DNA of 64,000 nt from the human T2T-CHM13v2.0 reference genome, Homo sapiens. This document shows, piece after piece, positions 1 through 25,735 of this stretch. The position numbers and the translations under genes were made by a program. How positions within the stretch are numbered: position 1 is the first letter of the stretch; every line of letters starts with the position of its first letter. The DNA lies in NCBI RefSeq assembly GCF_009914755.1, contig NC_060941.1; one strand, 5' to 3'. The notes beneath the pieces are model-generated. The model made no database searches. It saw nothing but the letters and a program-made list of their open reading frames with translations, and was not told the origin of the DNA.

Positions 1-360
1 GAAACGCACGGAGACCGAGCCTCTCGTGCCGCGCACCACAGTCCGAGTAAACAGCGGTCGTGGCGGGAATGATCAGAAGCGTTTCGAGAGGGTTTTAGGC
101 GTTTTCGAACCTGCCCCTCTGAGGGTCACCGAGCAGCCGGTGCAGGGGCGGAAGCGGGTGACGGCTGCTGACCGGCGCCTTCCGCGGTTGTCTCCAGGCC
201 ATGGCAACAACCGCGCAGCGCACGCAGGGGGGTTTTGTAGCTGTTATTGCCGGAATGGGCTCCTGTGGATGCTGCTCTGTGGCTGGCACTTCTGCGCGTG
301 ACGCCGTGGCAGGAGGCTTCCTAACATTCCATGGGTCGTTCATCCCCGGTGGTGGCTGCG
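1..360. promoter_or_regulatory. NARF: 3' edge of the NARF promoter CpG island (intron 1)
   Basis: CpG-dense sequence that fades by ~360. It lies upstream of the first in-window coding exon, which has an acceptor but no start codon. Contains a forkhead consensus GTAAACA (47-53) and an RFX-like CCATGGCAAC (199-208). Confidence 0.7.
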
Positions 361-505
361 TCCTATTCTAAGTACACCTGTGTCCAGGGGAATTCGCCTG
401 TGGGGTGAAGGCTACAGTTGCTTCTGCTTTTTTATTATTGTAAACAATAGAGATGTGTGTGTGTCCTTCAGTACCTGTTTCACTAGAAGGGTTAGAAGGA
501 TAGAA

Positions 506-2551
<2,046 letters not shown>

Positions 2552-2589
2552 TTACATGCAGTCTCATTTCACGCCCAGAAGGAACATTA

Positions 2590-3110
2590 CATGTAAGCCT
2601 GGCCATTATCCCTGTTTTACTGAGTGAAGGGTGTTGGGAGAGGTTAAGGTCAGTCTACCCTTAGAAAGTACTAGTACCAGTTTATAAATGGAGAGTTGGC
2701 AATATGGCAGAAGCATATTTTTTCCTTAAGTTTAGTAGTCCTGACATGTTTAATCTGACAGGTGTTCTCCCGGTTGCCCTGTGTGCCAGTGCTGTGGGGA
2801 CTGTGGGGCTTAGGGAGCAACAGGGCCTGAGACAAGCAGCCAAAGAGCTGGCCACAGGCAGAAGAGAGGTAGGGTGCATTGGAGCCCTGGAGGCAGCTGG
2901 GGCCAGTGCGCCTGAGTGGCCGACCCCAGGGGCCTCCCTCACCTGCCCTCTGGTTGTGTCGTTGTAGACAGATATCTAAGCCCTGTGAGCCTCGTTTCCT
3001 TATCAGAGGCCTGGGGAGTAGGGTTACCTCCCTCCCAGGACTGTGGTGAGGATGAGATAACGTGTGTACACAGCCTAAGTGGGCGCCCTGCCAGGTCAGT
3101 GATGGACACA
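2590..3110. mobile_element. Two degenerate MIR fragments (~2590-2710 and ~2975-3110)
   Basis: MIR core-like motifs attatccctgttttactga and gagcctcgtttcctt...gtgaggatgagataa. Confidence 0.5.
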
Positions 3111-4174
3111 GGGTGAGAGGAGTTGGGTTGGGGTTAATGGAGTGGACCCTGAAGAGTGGTCAGAATTCAGGGTGGGAGTGTAGGGAAGGGCACTGGCACA
3201 CCAGGCAAGAGGAGGGTGTGGACAGACGTGCTCTAGGGAGAGACAGTGGCTCCCCTTGGCCAGGTCAATGACAGTGCAGAGCTGTGGAGACCGTGAGGGG
3301 GTGACTCAGGTGTTTGTTTTAGGGCAGGTGATGGAGGTAACCGACTTAAGCTGGCTAGAGTAGGGGAAGAATTGCAGGAAGCCACTTGGGTGGCAGCTTT
3401 GAGAGCCTAGGCAGAGGTGGTGGGCCTGGGCAAGTCTACCAGAGTGATAGAGACAGAACAGAGGACGTAGTGCAGGGAAGGGAGTGCAGTTTTAGCTCCA
3501 CAGACACTGGGCCTTCTACGGTGTGTGAGTCTGGGGTTTGGTGAGAGCACTCCGCTGGAAGTGCAGGTGGCAGGGCTGCCCTGGGCTGAGTGAGGCCAGC
3601 AGGCCTGATAAAAGGGAACAGGACTTCTGTAGAATGCATCAGTGTGGAAGGCAGGAGGAATAAGAAGAAAGAATGTGAGGGGTGAGGAGGGAATCAGACC
3701 TGGACCATGAAAACTTATGGAAGGACTGGGTTATACACAGCATGTCTGGTGGCAAGGCAGGGAGGAGGCACTGCTGGGTGAGGGGGGCAGTTTGGTCATG
3801 GGCATCTCAGTGGGGATGGGCTGTGGAGGCACAATTCATGCAGCTATGGGCACCAGATGTTTGGAGTGGAGCTGTGGCTTTGACCCACTGGGAACTTGTT
3901 AGAAGCACAAACTCTTGAGCCCCATGCGGACCTCCTGAGTGCCCATCTGCAGCAGAACAAGATCCCAGGTTGAGTGGGCTGCACAGAGACATGGGGTCAT
4001 GTGTAGGCAGGAGGCAGAGGTGACACCCGAGCTGCGGTTCGTAGCACGCTGTGGAAGGAGGAGGCACATCCATAGCCGTCTCCTGTCAAATCAAGTTTTA
4101 AAGAAAAACGAATGCATGGACTACCTGAGGAGCTTCTGTAATTTATTGACATTACTCCTGTAAGCTTCAGAGTA

Positions 4175-4860
4175 TTCATATGTTCATCCACCAGTTATTT
4201 ATTGAGCACTGTCTGTGTGCAGTACCTCTTGGAAGTGCTGAGGAACAAGAGAACAAGACAGTGTTCAAGCTCTCATGAGCTTACATTTTAGCGAGGAGGG
4301 ACAGACTCCTGCTAGCAGTCAGCAACATAAGTACAGATGGGTGGGGAGGGAAGAGACGGGTGAGGGGGTGGTGCTGTTTTAGCAGGTGTTGGACATCGTC
4401 TCTGCTGAAGGCCACCCAGGGTGAGCCTGGGGCTCTTAGAGGTTGCTTCATGCAGAAGGATGGCGAGAGCAGCAAGGGCCAGTGGGGCTGGACGTGTGGA
4501 GACCAAGGGGGCTGTGATGGGACCCGGGCAGACAGGGGCCACTGGCTTTGCCCAGGCCCTCTGTGTGAGGGGCAGCTGTCTGAGCAGAGCAGAGGTGTGG
4601 TTTATGTTTTAGCAGATGTCGGGGAGCACAAGGGCCAGTCAGGAAGGAGAGGGTGGAGGGGATCAAAGAGTGACTCTACATCCAGGTCAGGATAAGCATC
4701 TTGTTACATGTCCGAGTGCAAACCCAGAGCCAGCACTGAGTTGTAAAGTTCTGAGCCTCAAGGGAGAGGCCAGGGCTGTGGGTGGCCTCAGGGAGCCGTG
4801 GGATGGTAAGAGGGGGCACAGAGCTAGAGGAGCAGTCAGAGGGCTGGATCACAGGCACCA
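4175..4860 (-). mobile_element. Degenerate L2 3' region
   Basis: tatttattgagcact...tgtgcag...ctcatgagcttacatttag is a typical L2 3'-end signature, followed by purine-rich L2-like sequence. Confidence 0.55.
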
Positions 4861-5209
4861 AAGAGGAAGGGGTCTAGGAGGAAGGGGTCTAGCAGTGGGG
4901 TGAGCTTCCAGAACACAGGGGTCATTTACTTCCTACCACGTGACAGTGCTAGGGCTGGGTTCCACCCTTGTCATCTGCATGGTTCCCTAGTGTCATTGTG
5001 GGCTGGGCCCTGTGTCCTGTGTCCCTTCACCACCTTGAGCTGCTCAGTGGCAGAGACTGTCCTGCTTCCAGCCCCTTGAGCACCAGGCCTGGACCCTGGT
5101 ATTATCTCCAATGTTTACTGTGAATTCTGTATATGGGTGTTACCCTCTCTAAAGAAGCACATTAAAGAGTATTTGTTGAATAATCATGCTGAAACGTCAT
5201 CTTTCATAG

Positions 5210-5353
5210 AAGGGAGAATTCCACAAGTTGGCTGATGCCAAGATATTTTTGAGCGACTGCCTGGCATGTGACAGCTGTATGACTGCAGAGGAAGGAGTCC
5301 AACTTTCCCAGCAAAATGCCAAGGACTTCTTCCGCGTTCTGAACCTTAACAAG
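5210..5353 (+). CDS. NARF: NARF coding exon 3 (KGEFHKLADAKIFLSDCLACDSC...LNLNK)
   Basis: Acceptor tttcatag, donor AAG|gtaagg; 144 nt; carries the CxxCxxC Fe-S motif of the Nar1/CIAO3 family. Confidence 0.96.
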
Positions 5354-5867
5354 GTAAGGCATTCGGGGCATTTGCTGATGCTGGGGAGCTGACCTGGAGG
5401 AAGTGGAGGTGAGGCCTGGCTTCCTGCACAGAAGCCTCTGCTGGGACATCGGATGCACATCTCAGCCTTTTCCTGGTGTTGCTAACATCCTGCTTTGACC
5501 TTCCAAACCTCTCCATCAAGAGCAAAATCCCCGCACAATTTCCTGCTCCCTTAATAATGCTCAGGCAGTGGTGGGGGGCTGGCATCACCCCTCAGGCTCC
5601 TGTGGCTTAAGCGGGGCCTCTGCCTGGTGAGGTCAGGTAACACGGGTGTTGGTGATCATGCGGGCAGCACAGAGCCGGAGCTCCTGCTGTTCTGCCTCGG
5701 CTGCACGTTTTCGGACACGAGAGTTATGTTCTAATAGACCGATCAGCTTGGGGCAAGGCAGAGACACTCCAAGGAAGTAAAAATTCCCAAAGCTCCTTCC
5801 TTCAGCTCATCCCTGCAGACCTCCTATACAGAACGAGAGGTGCCACTTGTCTTTCCGTGAGACAGGT

Positions 5868-6231
5868 TGTATTAGTCCATTCTCACATTGCTACAAAGAA
5901 CTACGTGACACTGGCTAATTTATAAAGCAGAGAGGTTTAATTGACTCACAGTTCCACAGGATCTACAGGAGACATGGCTGGGGAGGCCTCAGGGAACAAC
6001 CATGGCGGAAGGGTGAAGGGGAAGCAAGCATGTCTTCACGTGGCAGCAGGAGAGAGCAAGTAAAGGGGGAGGTGCTGCACCCTTGTAAACAACCAGATCT
6101 TGTGAGGACTCACTCACTATCATGAGAAGAGCAAGTGGGAGATCCGCCCCCATGACCCAGTCACCTCCTGCCAGGCCCAGCCTTCAGTTTCACATGAGAT
6201 TTGGGTGGGGACGCAGAGCCAAACCATATCA
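5868..6231 (-). mobile_element. MaLR solo LTR (MSTA-like)
   Basis: TGTATTAGTCCATTCTC...CCAAACCATATCA termini with a perfect 5-bp target-site duplication CAGGT (5863-5867 and 6232-6236). Confidence 0.9.
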
Positions 6232-6504
6232 CAGGTGAAAGAGAAAGAGACAAAGGCAGATGAGGCTGAAAAGCACTTCTTGGTTTCCATGCTGTCACCT
6301 CCACGGGAAGCACCGGCATCCTACCCTGCCCAGGGTGTAGGAGCCCATTCACAGTAGGTAGTGTGCTAGAGCAAGGTAGGGGCCTCAAGAAACACTGACT
6401 GGCACAAGTGGGTGGCATAGGGGACAGCCAAGGAGCCTTCTCAGCGTTTGCCATTCACCCCCATGGCTTCTGGACAAGTCATCCAGCAGCAATTAGATCA
6501 CAAT

Positions 6505-9450
<2,946 letters not shown>

Positions 9451-9686
9451 CATGTTTCATTTTTTAAATCCTGACTTTTAAAAAAATATTTACCAGAAGC
9501 CCAAACCTCACCATAATCCTGATTTTTTTTCTCCTTTTTCTTAATTATGTTTGCCAGTGTTTGTCTATTTTATTAGTCTTTGCATAGACCATCTATTAAC
9601 GTTGTTCTGAATTTCTCATTAAGGTGTGTAACTTTTACTCCTTGTGTAATCAGCAGATACCTAACATTCTCTATTTCTCCTTCTAG

Positions 9687-9819
9687 AAATGTGATACCTC
9701 AAAGCACAAAGTGCTGGTAGTGTCTGTGTGTCCTCAATCTTTGCCTTATTTTGCTGCTAAATTCAACCTCAGTGTAACTGATGCATCCAGAAGACTCTGT
9801 GGTTTCCTCAAAAGTCTTG
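9687..9819 (+). CDS. NARF: NARF coding exon 4 (KCDTSKHKVLVVSVCPQS...GFLKSL)
   Basis: Acceptor ttctccttctag, donor G|gtgagt; 133 nt, frame continuous. Confidence 0.96.
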
Positions 9820-10502
9820 GTGAGTCATCTTTTGATAAATTGGGAATGTATAACTTGAGTTTATAAGCGCCCTTTTTAATCTCTAAAGTTCGTTTTTCAA
9901 GGACGCAGGGTAGATAAGCAACTTCCAAAAGAGTCTCTTGGAACGTAAAAAGACCATGTCCCGTGTGTCATGAAACCCAGCCTCTGATCGATGGTAGACG
10001 AGTGTCACTTTTCTCCTTTGCTGTGCACAGACAGGTGTTTTGTTACACAGTGGGAGCTGACCCCTCTGGGACCAAACAGTGACCACCTTCTGACAACACG
10101 GACAGGACACTGGGAGATTCCCACACTGGCCCAGCAACCTCCAAGTCACCCCTTACCCCCAGAGGGTGTGCATTTGATAAACAGTCACTTCTGAAATGAT
10201 TAGTATCTGGTTTCCCAAGAAGCTCTCTGAAGAGCAGAGCAGAAAGGGAATGGGCTTGTGTTCTTTACTTGAGGAATGAAAGGTAGAAATTTAAGAATAT
10301 AATAAAAGAACTCGGATGTCAACGCTGGAATAGTACTACCTGAAATGTTGATGGATGATGCTTCTGCGTCTTCTGCTTTGGTCAAAGGGGAACTGCCTCC
10401 CTCCATTTGCTTATAGAGGGGCTTTTACAGCCTTGAGCATCCTCATAGCATGATGGTCAGTGTGCAAGTTCAGAAAGGGAAAATGAGCGAGTTGCCAAAT
10501 AA

Positions 10503-13429
<2,927 letters not shown>

Positions 13430-13486
13430 CTAAAAGTAGATCTTTTAGTACGTGATTTAAGCTGAATATGCTCCTCTCTCCTGCAG

Positions 13487-13621
13487 GGGTGCACTATGTA
13501 TTTGATACGACGATAGCTGCGGATTTTAGTATCCTGGAGAGTCAAAAAGAATTCGTGCGTCGCTATCGCCAGCACAGTGAGGAGGAACGCACCCTGCCCA
13601 TGCTGACCTCTGCCTGTCCTG
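13487..13621 (+). CDS. NARF: NARF coding exon 5 (GVHYVFDTT...LPMLTSACP)
   Basis: Acceptor ctctctcctgcag, donor G|gtgagc; 135 nt; first half of the hydrogenase L1-like motif TSACPGW. Confidence 0.96.
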
Positions 13622-13779
13622 GTGAGCCCCTGGACCCCCGCTCTGTTGGCCTGAGGTGCCAAAAGAGGTTTCACAAGATTCTGCAGGCTCTAGATGAGGT
13701 TGGAGGCAGACAGACCCATCCCACCCAGCCTTGTAGACCAGGAGGGAAGAGCTTGGCCTGATTCACAGAGGGTGTTTGA

Positions 13780-18736
<4,957 letters not shown>

Positions 18737-19722
18737 CTGGGGCATTTCTCTCTGTGGCTGCTTCTGTGTCTCTGTGGGTGTTTCCTGAGCACACACGGGC
18801 GTCTTTATAGGTGAAACTTTGATTGTTAAATGGGATTATCATGTCTGACTGTGGGACATGAGCTGCCTCTCACCCTCTGGGCGACCTTCCCCGCCAGGAG
18901 TAGAGTCTCCCAAGGTATCTACCCAGCCCCTGTTTGAGGGCAGGTTGCGTGGCTCTCATGTACACAGGTGTGCAAGTGTCTGTGGGGTCAGGTCCTAAAA
19001 TCAGTTGCCAGGTCAGCAAGTTCTGTGATGTTCTTATGCACTCTGACTGGGCTGTACGCCTGCGGGAAAGGAGTAGGCAGGGCTCCTGCGGTGGAATTGC
19101 TGTTGTGTGGTCAGCTGCAGTGGTGACTTGTGTTCACCCTGGAAACCACAGCAGCACTCAACCTCAGGAAAGTGCTCAGATTGTGCGGGCATGTAGTGAC
19201 ACTACAGATGTTGCTATTTATTACGACTTGAGGAGTATAGATTTCTTATATTTTAAAAAGCGTGCAGTTGTTGGGCTGTTAGTTTCTCGCCGGTGAGAGA
19301 AGTTGGGCAAGCATGTGGCTGCTCTCCCCTGAGCGGTAGCTGCGTGTCCTGGCTGTAAGGACGCTGTAGCTGGCCAGGCGATTTTGCACGGTGCAGCCTG
19401 GGCCGCTGCTCCTGCTGCCTTTCAGTGCTTGTTCCCCTTCACCTTTTTGGGGGACCTGTTACTCCGACTCTTACTTGTCTGTCGGCCTTGCAGGGATGCT
19501 CCCATTTCCCAGTAGCCTCCAGGCCTGCAGGTTCCCATGACCCACAGCCGGGCCACCGAGGACGGGTTTTGGGTCCAGCACGAGCTCCTGGTAAGGCCTG
19601 GGGAAAAGGTGTTCTGGCTTCACCCTGGGGCGGCAGGGACTCGAGCTCAGCATTCCCTGGTGCGTTACAGGAAGACCAGAGGAAGCAGTAAGGAGCTGAC
19701 CGTGGATCCCTTCTCTCCCCAG

Positions 19723-19841
19723 GCTGGGTCCGATACGCCGAGCGGGTGCTGGGTCGCCCCATCACTGCCCACCTCTGCACCGCCAAGTCCCCCCAGCAGG
19801 TCATGGGCTCTTTGGTGAAGGATTATTTCGCCAGACAGCAG
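19723..19841 (+). CDS. NARF: NARF coding exon 6 ([11 protein letters not shown]...[19 protein letters not shown])
   Basis: Acceptor ttctctccccag, donor CAG|gtaagc; 119 nt. Confidence 0.96.
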
Positions 19842-21205
19842 GTAAGCTGACCTCTCTGGAGGGCAGGAAGGGCAGGTGAGGGAGGACCATGGCACAGGGG
19901 CCCAGGAAGGGGAGGTTCCCCATCTGTCCAGCGTGGTCACGGCCCCCCAGGTGAGCAAAAAGGAAGCTGTGGCTTCAGGAAACATCAGCAGTGCTGTTTC
20001 TCACCAACGCCCGTCTCTATTCCTCCCTTCCTCTTACAACCTTTTTCTTTCTTCTTAACCTTTTCTGTGGCATCTGGTGGTTTTCCTGGGCCCATTCGGG
20101 GTAGAGTAGAAATGCTGCCCACCCTGCTGAGAATGAGGCCCCGGACCTTGCCCAGAGATGCTGCCTGCCTGCTGTTGGGATGCCTCACCCAAGGAGGCCT
20201 AAAGTGGCCTGTGCCTGGAGGCTGAGGGCAGCTGTCATTTAGGGAGCCAAACCTGGCCTCTGCCCTGGCCTTTCCCTCAGACCACGGGCATCACATGACT
20301 TCCTTAGCCACTTCTGTGAGATTCCACAGTGGCCATGATGCTGTCCTCCTCTTGATGGAGTGAGTCCCGGCCTGAGGCTCCTGCGTGCCCCCTGCCTCGG
20401 CCCGTCGTGTTCTCCCTTCCCACAACCCTCTGCGGCCCCCAGGTCCTCCCAGAACTCCCTGATGTCTCCAAGGCCACCCTCAAAGGGACCCTAATCCCAT
20501 GGTTTATTCTCCAGCCGCTGGCATGCCCCACACTGCTCTTCTCAATCAGACTTTACACCTCCCTCCGGGGAAGCAGCCATGTCCAGGCACTGTGGTAACT
20601 GGAGTAGAGGGTAACATCAGGATCTTTCAGACATTTGAAGTCAGCCTAAAAAGGCACGCACATTTGGCAGCCTTGTTATTTTAGCAATAGGCAGTGTTTT
20701 CCTTCTATCTAGTTTCTTTCTACCCATAAAGTCATAATTTGGCAAATTATAAACATGATGTCAGAGTATACACGTTCAGTTTAGGCAGGACCGAAAAATG
20801 AGCTATGGGACTTTCTGTCCCTTGCCCTGCCCCCACCTGAAGAGAGCCATGTGTTTCTAGGTCTTCCACGTGCTGCCCTCTCCCCTGGATGGAGCCCAGA
20901 GCTATGTGTCCTCCTGTAGGTGCCATGAGGGGCAGCCGCAGAGACCCGGCCTCCAGCAGCCTCTCACCTGACCACCTGGCACAGCTGCAACCAGGGGCGG
21001 GTTTCCTCTTTTGCTCCGCCCCTGCCCTGAGTGGGTCCTTTCCACCCAGACCTCACCACAGGGTCACTTGGCAACTGCTGGCTCCTGGCTTTGCCACCAG
21101 TTCAGGCCCAGCCACAGGCACCTGCTCTGTGTGGACCCAGGAGAGGGGTAGCTTGGGTGGGCATCGCTTGGGAAGATTCAGGAAAGTCTGTGGGTGAAGT
21201 AGCCA

Positions 21206-21235
<30 letters not shown>
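21206..21235. repeat. (GC)4(AC)11 alternating purine-pyrimidine microsatellite
   Basis: Directly visible. Confidence 0.9.
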
Positions 21236-21236
<1 letters not shown>

Positions 21237-21515
21237 CACTCAGGCCTCCTGCAATGGCTCCATGCTGGACCAGCAACAGCTCCACGCCGGCTGGACTTCC
21301 TCTTACTTGTTTTGTCCCCATGTGCACAGGTTCAGGAGGAAATGGGCTCAGCCTTCCCGGTTCTTCCAGGAGGCTCCACTGGCTGGGGGGCTTTGCAGAT
21401 GTTTGGGAGGACCACACCCAGTCCTGAGGGAGGCAGCAGACAGACATGGATGGAGTGCTGGTGCTCGGTAGAGTTGAAGAGGGGATGGGAGCCAGATGTG
21501 GCTACAGCACTTTCA

Positions 21516-22134
<619 letters not shown>

Positions 22135-22432
22135 GTGAGAGGTGGGCGGGGGTGCACCTGGGCGCTGGGGTAATCTCCTACTGGCCAGTACACACCAGAG
22201 CCAGGCAGATCTGTGTCCCAGAGCCATCTCAGTGCCTGCCAATGTGGTCGCTTGTCTGAAGTTACTGACAGCTGAGGGTCCTAGGGGCTTAACTGCAGGT
22301 GAAGAGAAGGGTCATGTTCGATCTAGCCTCCTGTCTCCTCTGTGCATCTTCCTCAAGATAAATCAGGTCTCAGCTGGGCACAGTGGCTCACGCCTGTAAT
22401 CTAAGCACTGGGAGGCCAAGGCAGGTGGATCA

Positions 22433-22713
<281 letters not shown>

Positions 22714-23720
22714 CTAACTTTACATTACAGTCCATGTAAGGTACTTATCTCTTGGTGGGAAAGTTGTCTATAGCCATAGCGGGTCTCCTAATCACAAACC
22801 AAGTCTGCACTTAAAACACAAGTGAAGTTTTTTTCATTCAGAATAAAATGAAAAAGGCACGTTTGCTCCAGTGATATTGCCTTTACCACGGTATTGGCCA
22901 CTCCTTTCAGATGTTAAGAGCCTACAGTGAGTTCTGTGTGTGTTGTGGATGGAAGTGATTCCCTGGAATTATGTAGAACCCATTCAGAAGAATGTTGACA
23001 TCAGTTGGTGGGGGAAGCTTAAGACTTTGTTAAAATTCTGGCGGAACTGTTTTAATTGGTCTCTGAAAACAGGTCCCTGCAGGTATTTAGATCAGTGGTA
23101 GATGAGGCAGAGAGGTCAGCTCTCAGGGACAATCTTTAAGGGCGCCAATGTCCCTCACAGGCCCCTGACTTGAAATTCTAGCACGCAGACGCCTCTGGAA
23201 AGGTCCCCACCCCATAGGCACAGGCTCCCTGTGGGGTGATGTGGCAGGGGTGTTGAAGGATGAGGGATAGAAGGGTCCTCAGCACGGCCATCCTTCACTC
23301 TCAGAGGAAGGGCCCAGGGGCCATCTGCTTACGTTGACAAAATAAAACATGCGCGGTGGGCTGTCAGAAGAACCATGTCCAGCCATCTTTTTTCTGAGTG
23401 CAGATTTATAGGAAATTACGCTATTTTCTTACCTGTGTTTCCAGCCATCTCACAGCATCTAATGTGATGCCACAGCCATAGTTTTAGAGGCTCAGTTTTT
23501 CTATTAAGGGTTTTTTCAGGCATCCTCATGTAAAAGGAAATACAGAAAGTGGTTCTCACTTTCAGTTGATCTCATTGCAGAATAAACAATTGTCATATAA
23601 ATGTAGCTGGGTACAATGGCTCAGACCTCTAATTCCAGCCACTCAGGAGGCTATGGCTGGAGGATCACTTGAGCCCAGGAGTTTGAGACCTTGCTGGGCA
23701 ACACAGTGAGACCTCGTCTC

Positions 23721-23933
23721 TTTTTTTTTATTTTTTGAGACGGAGTCTCACTCTGTCACCCAGGCTCTGCAGTGGCTCCATCTTGGCTCACTACAACCTC
23801 CGCGCCTCCTAGGATCAAGCGATTCTCCTCCCTCAGCCTCCCGAGTAGCTGGGATTACAGGTGCGCCCCACCACACCAGGCTAATTTTTGTGTTTTTAGT
23901 AGAGAGGGGGTTTCGCCATGTTGGCTAGACTGG
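23721..23933 (-). mobile_element. 5'-truncated antisense Alu (editing partner strand)
   Basis: T-tail followed by antisense Alu consensus, ending at ttggctagactgg. Confidence 0.9.
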
Positions 23934-23958
23934 CGACCTTGTTTCTTAAAAAAAAAAG

Positions 23959-24255
23959 GGCTGGGTGCAGTGGCTGACACGTGTAATCCCAGCACTTCAG
24001 GAGGCTGAGGCAGGCTGGTCACCTGAGGTCAGGAGTTCGAGACCAGTCTGGCCAACATGGTGAAACCCCCGTCTCTACTAAAAATACAAAAATTAGCCAG
24101 GCGTGGTAGTGCACACCTGTAATCACAGCTACTCAGGAGGCTGCGGCAAGAGAATCACTTGAACCCGGGAGGCAGAGGTTACAGCGAGACAAGATTGCAC
24201 CACTGGACTCCAGCCTGGGCGGCGGAGGTGAGACTCCATCTCAAAAAAAAAAAAA
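23959..24255 (+). mobile_element. Sense AluS hosting the cassette exon
   Basis: Full dimeric Alu from GGCTGGGTGCAG to the A-tail. Confidence 0.93.
24090..24227 (+). CDS. NARF: NARF editing-dependent Alu cassette exon (EISQAW[*>W]CTPVITAT...LDSSLGGG, +46 aa)
   Basis: Inside a sense Alu. Donor GAG|gtgaga at 24227/24228. Genomic acceptor is CAA (24087-24089), not CAG. 138 nt, phase 1-1, with one in-frame TAG (24107-24109). An antisense Alu ends 25 nt upstream of the host Alu. Matches the known ADAR-dependent NARF Alu exon. Confidence 0.88.
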
Positions 24256-24638
24256 TGCAACCAGTGTATATTTCATCATCCTATCTCTGTGAGCTTGTTA
24301 TACACAAAAGTTTTCTGTTTGTTTCATGCAAAGTAGGCCAAAAAAGTTTACAGATTTTCCACATGGGAAAATCATGGAGAGATTGTTTACATAAATCCCA
24401 CAGTTCAAGGGCAGAAAGAGGAATGGAAAGAGGAGTTAGAATTGAATTCTGCTTACGTTTTATTAGTGTTTCATTTTATTGGCCTCACTTTGCCCTTTAG
24501 ATGGACTCCTGCTGTGTGTGATGGAGATTTCATAAGAGGGAGGTCACCCAGGGTCACTAATGTCAAATCTCCTGCAGGGGAAGAAAAGTTCCTGTGGCCA
24601 CCTGTGTCTTTTCAGTGTCTTACTTCGTTTGTCTGCAG

Positions 24639-24702
24639 GTGAAATTGCTCAAATAATGGAGCAAGGTGACCTCTCAGTGAGAGATGCTGCCGTCGACACT
24701 CT
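24639..24702 (+). CDS. NARF: NARF constitutive exon 8 (GEIAQIMEQGDLSVRDAAVDTL)
   Basis: Acceptor tttgtctgcag, donor CT|gtaagt; 64 nt. Confidence 0.95.
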
Positions 24703-25371
24703 GTAAGTGGCTTCTCTGGGGAGAGTCCTCTGGGGGGCAGGACCTCTCGTCAGCCCTGCCAGCCACCTGCCAGGCCCAGGGCTGCCCTGCTTTATGACGA
24801 GGCCATGTGAAGCACTGCGATGCAGTCCCCCAGGCCCCTGCCACAACCCTCAGCCACCCTATAGCTGTTGAATGGGATACCATTCACCAGGGCTGCCAGG
24901 GAGTTGAAGGTTTGGCGGGCTTCCATGGTGTGATTGCCACCCTAAACCCTTGAGGAAGGACAAAATGCACAAACAGCTTTGTCCTCGCTGGCGCAGGGCT
25001 GTTCATGTGTGCACCAGCCCCCTTCTTCCTGAGTGCCGTCTGTGCCTCACATTCCGTGTGGTCTATGGGGCAGTGGGGCAGCTCCCTCAGGCCCCTTTGC
25101 ACCAAGAGTGGCAGTCTGGGTTCTGCTGGGGGCGGTGACCTCGATACCCAGCAAGGCCCAGGGCTCCTGCTGCACCCCAGGCACTGGGCAGAGAGCACCA
25201 CAAAGGCAGCAGCGTGTGTCCTCGCCAACAGTCCGCATCCCAGGTGCTGCATTCGTGCCCTTTTGGGGGAAGGTAAGATAGAAGTTTACAGAATTTAAGC
25301 ATCTGTGGGGCCAGGCGTGGTGGCTCACACCTATAATCACAGTACTTTGGGAGGCTGAGGTAGGAGGATCA

Positions 25372-25545
<174 letters not shown>

Positions 25546-25735
25546 TCAGGCAGGCCCTCCCAAGACCCCTCAAGATGCTAGAATGGGACTTTCTGCAAAG
25601 TTTAAACATCTGTACAGGATTTAGCTTCTTTGGTGGCGAACTTGGATTGTGATGCCCTCAGGAAGTCTGGTTTCACTCTTTCTGTCACTGTACGTCAGCA
25701 TTCATGAAGGACTTGTATTTTCTCTGCCTTGTGAG

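Noticed and set aside
22840-23590. Several AATAAA hexamers in the intron before the Alu hairpin
   Set aside because: Expected by chance in AT-rich intron; no clear terminal-exon structure, so intronic polyadenylation or intronic/antisense lncRNAs cannot be supported from sequence alone.
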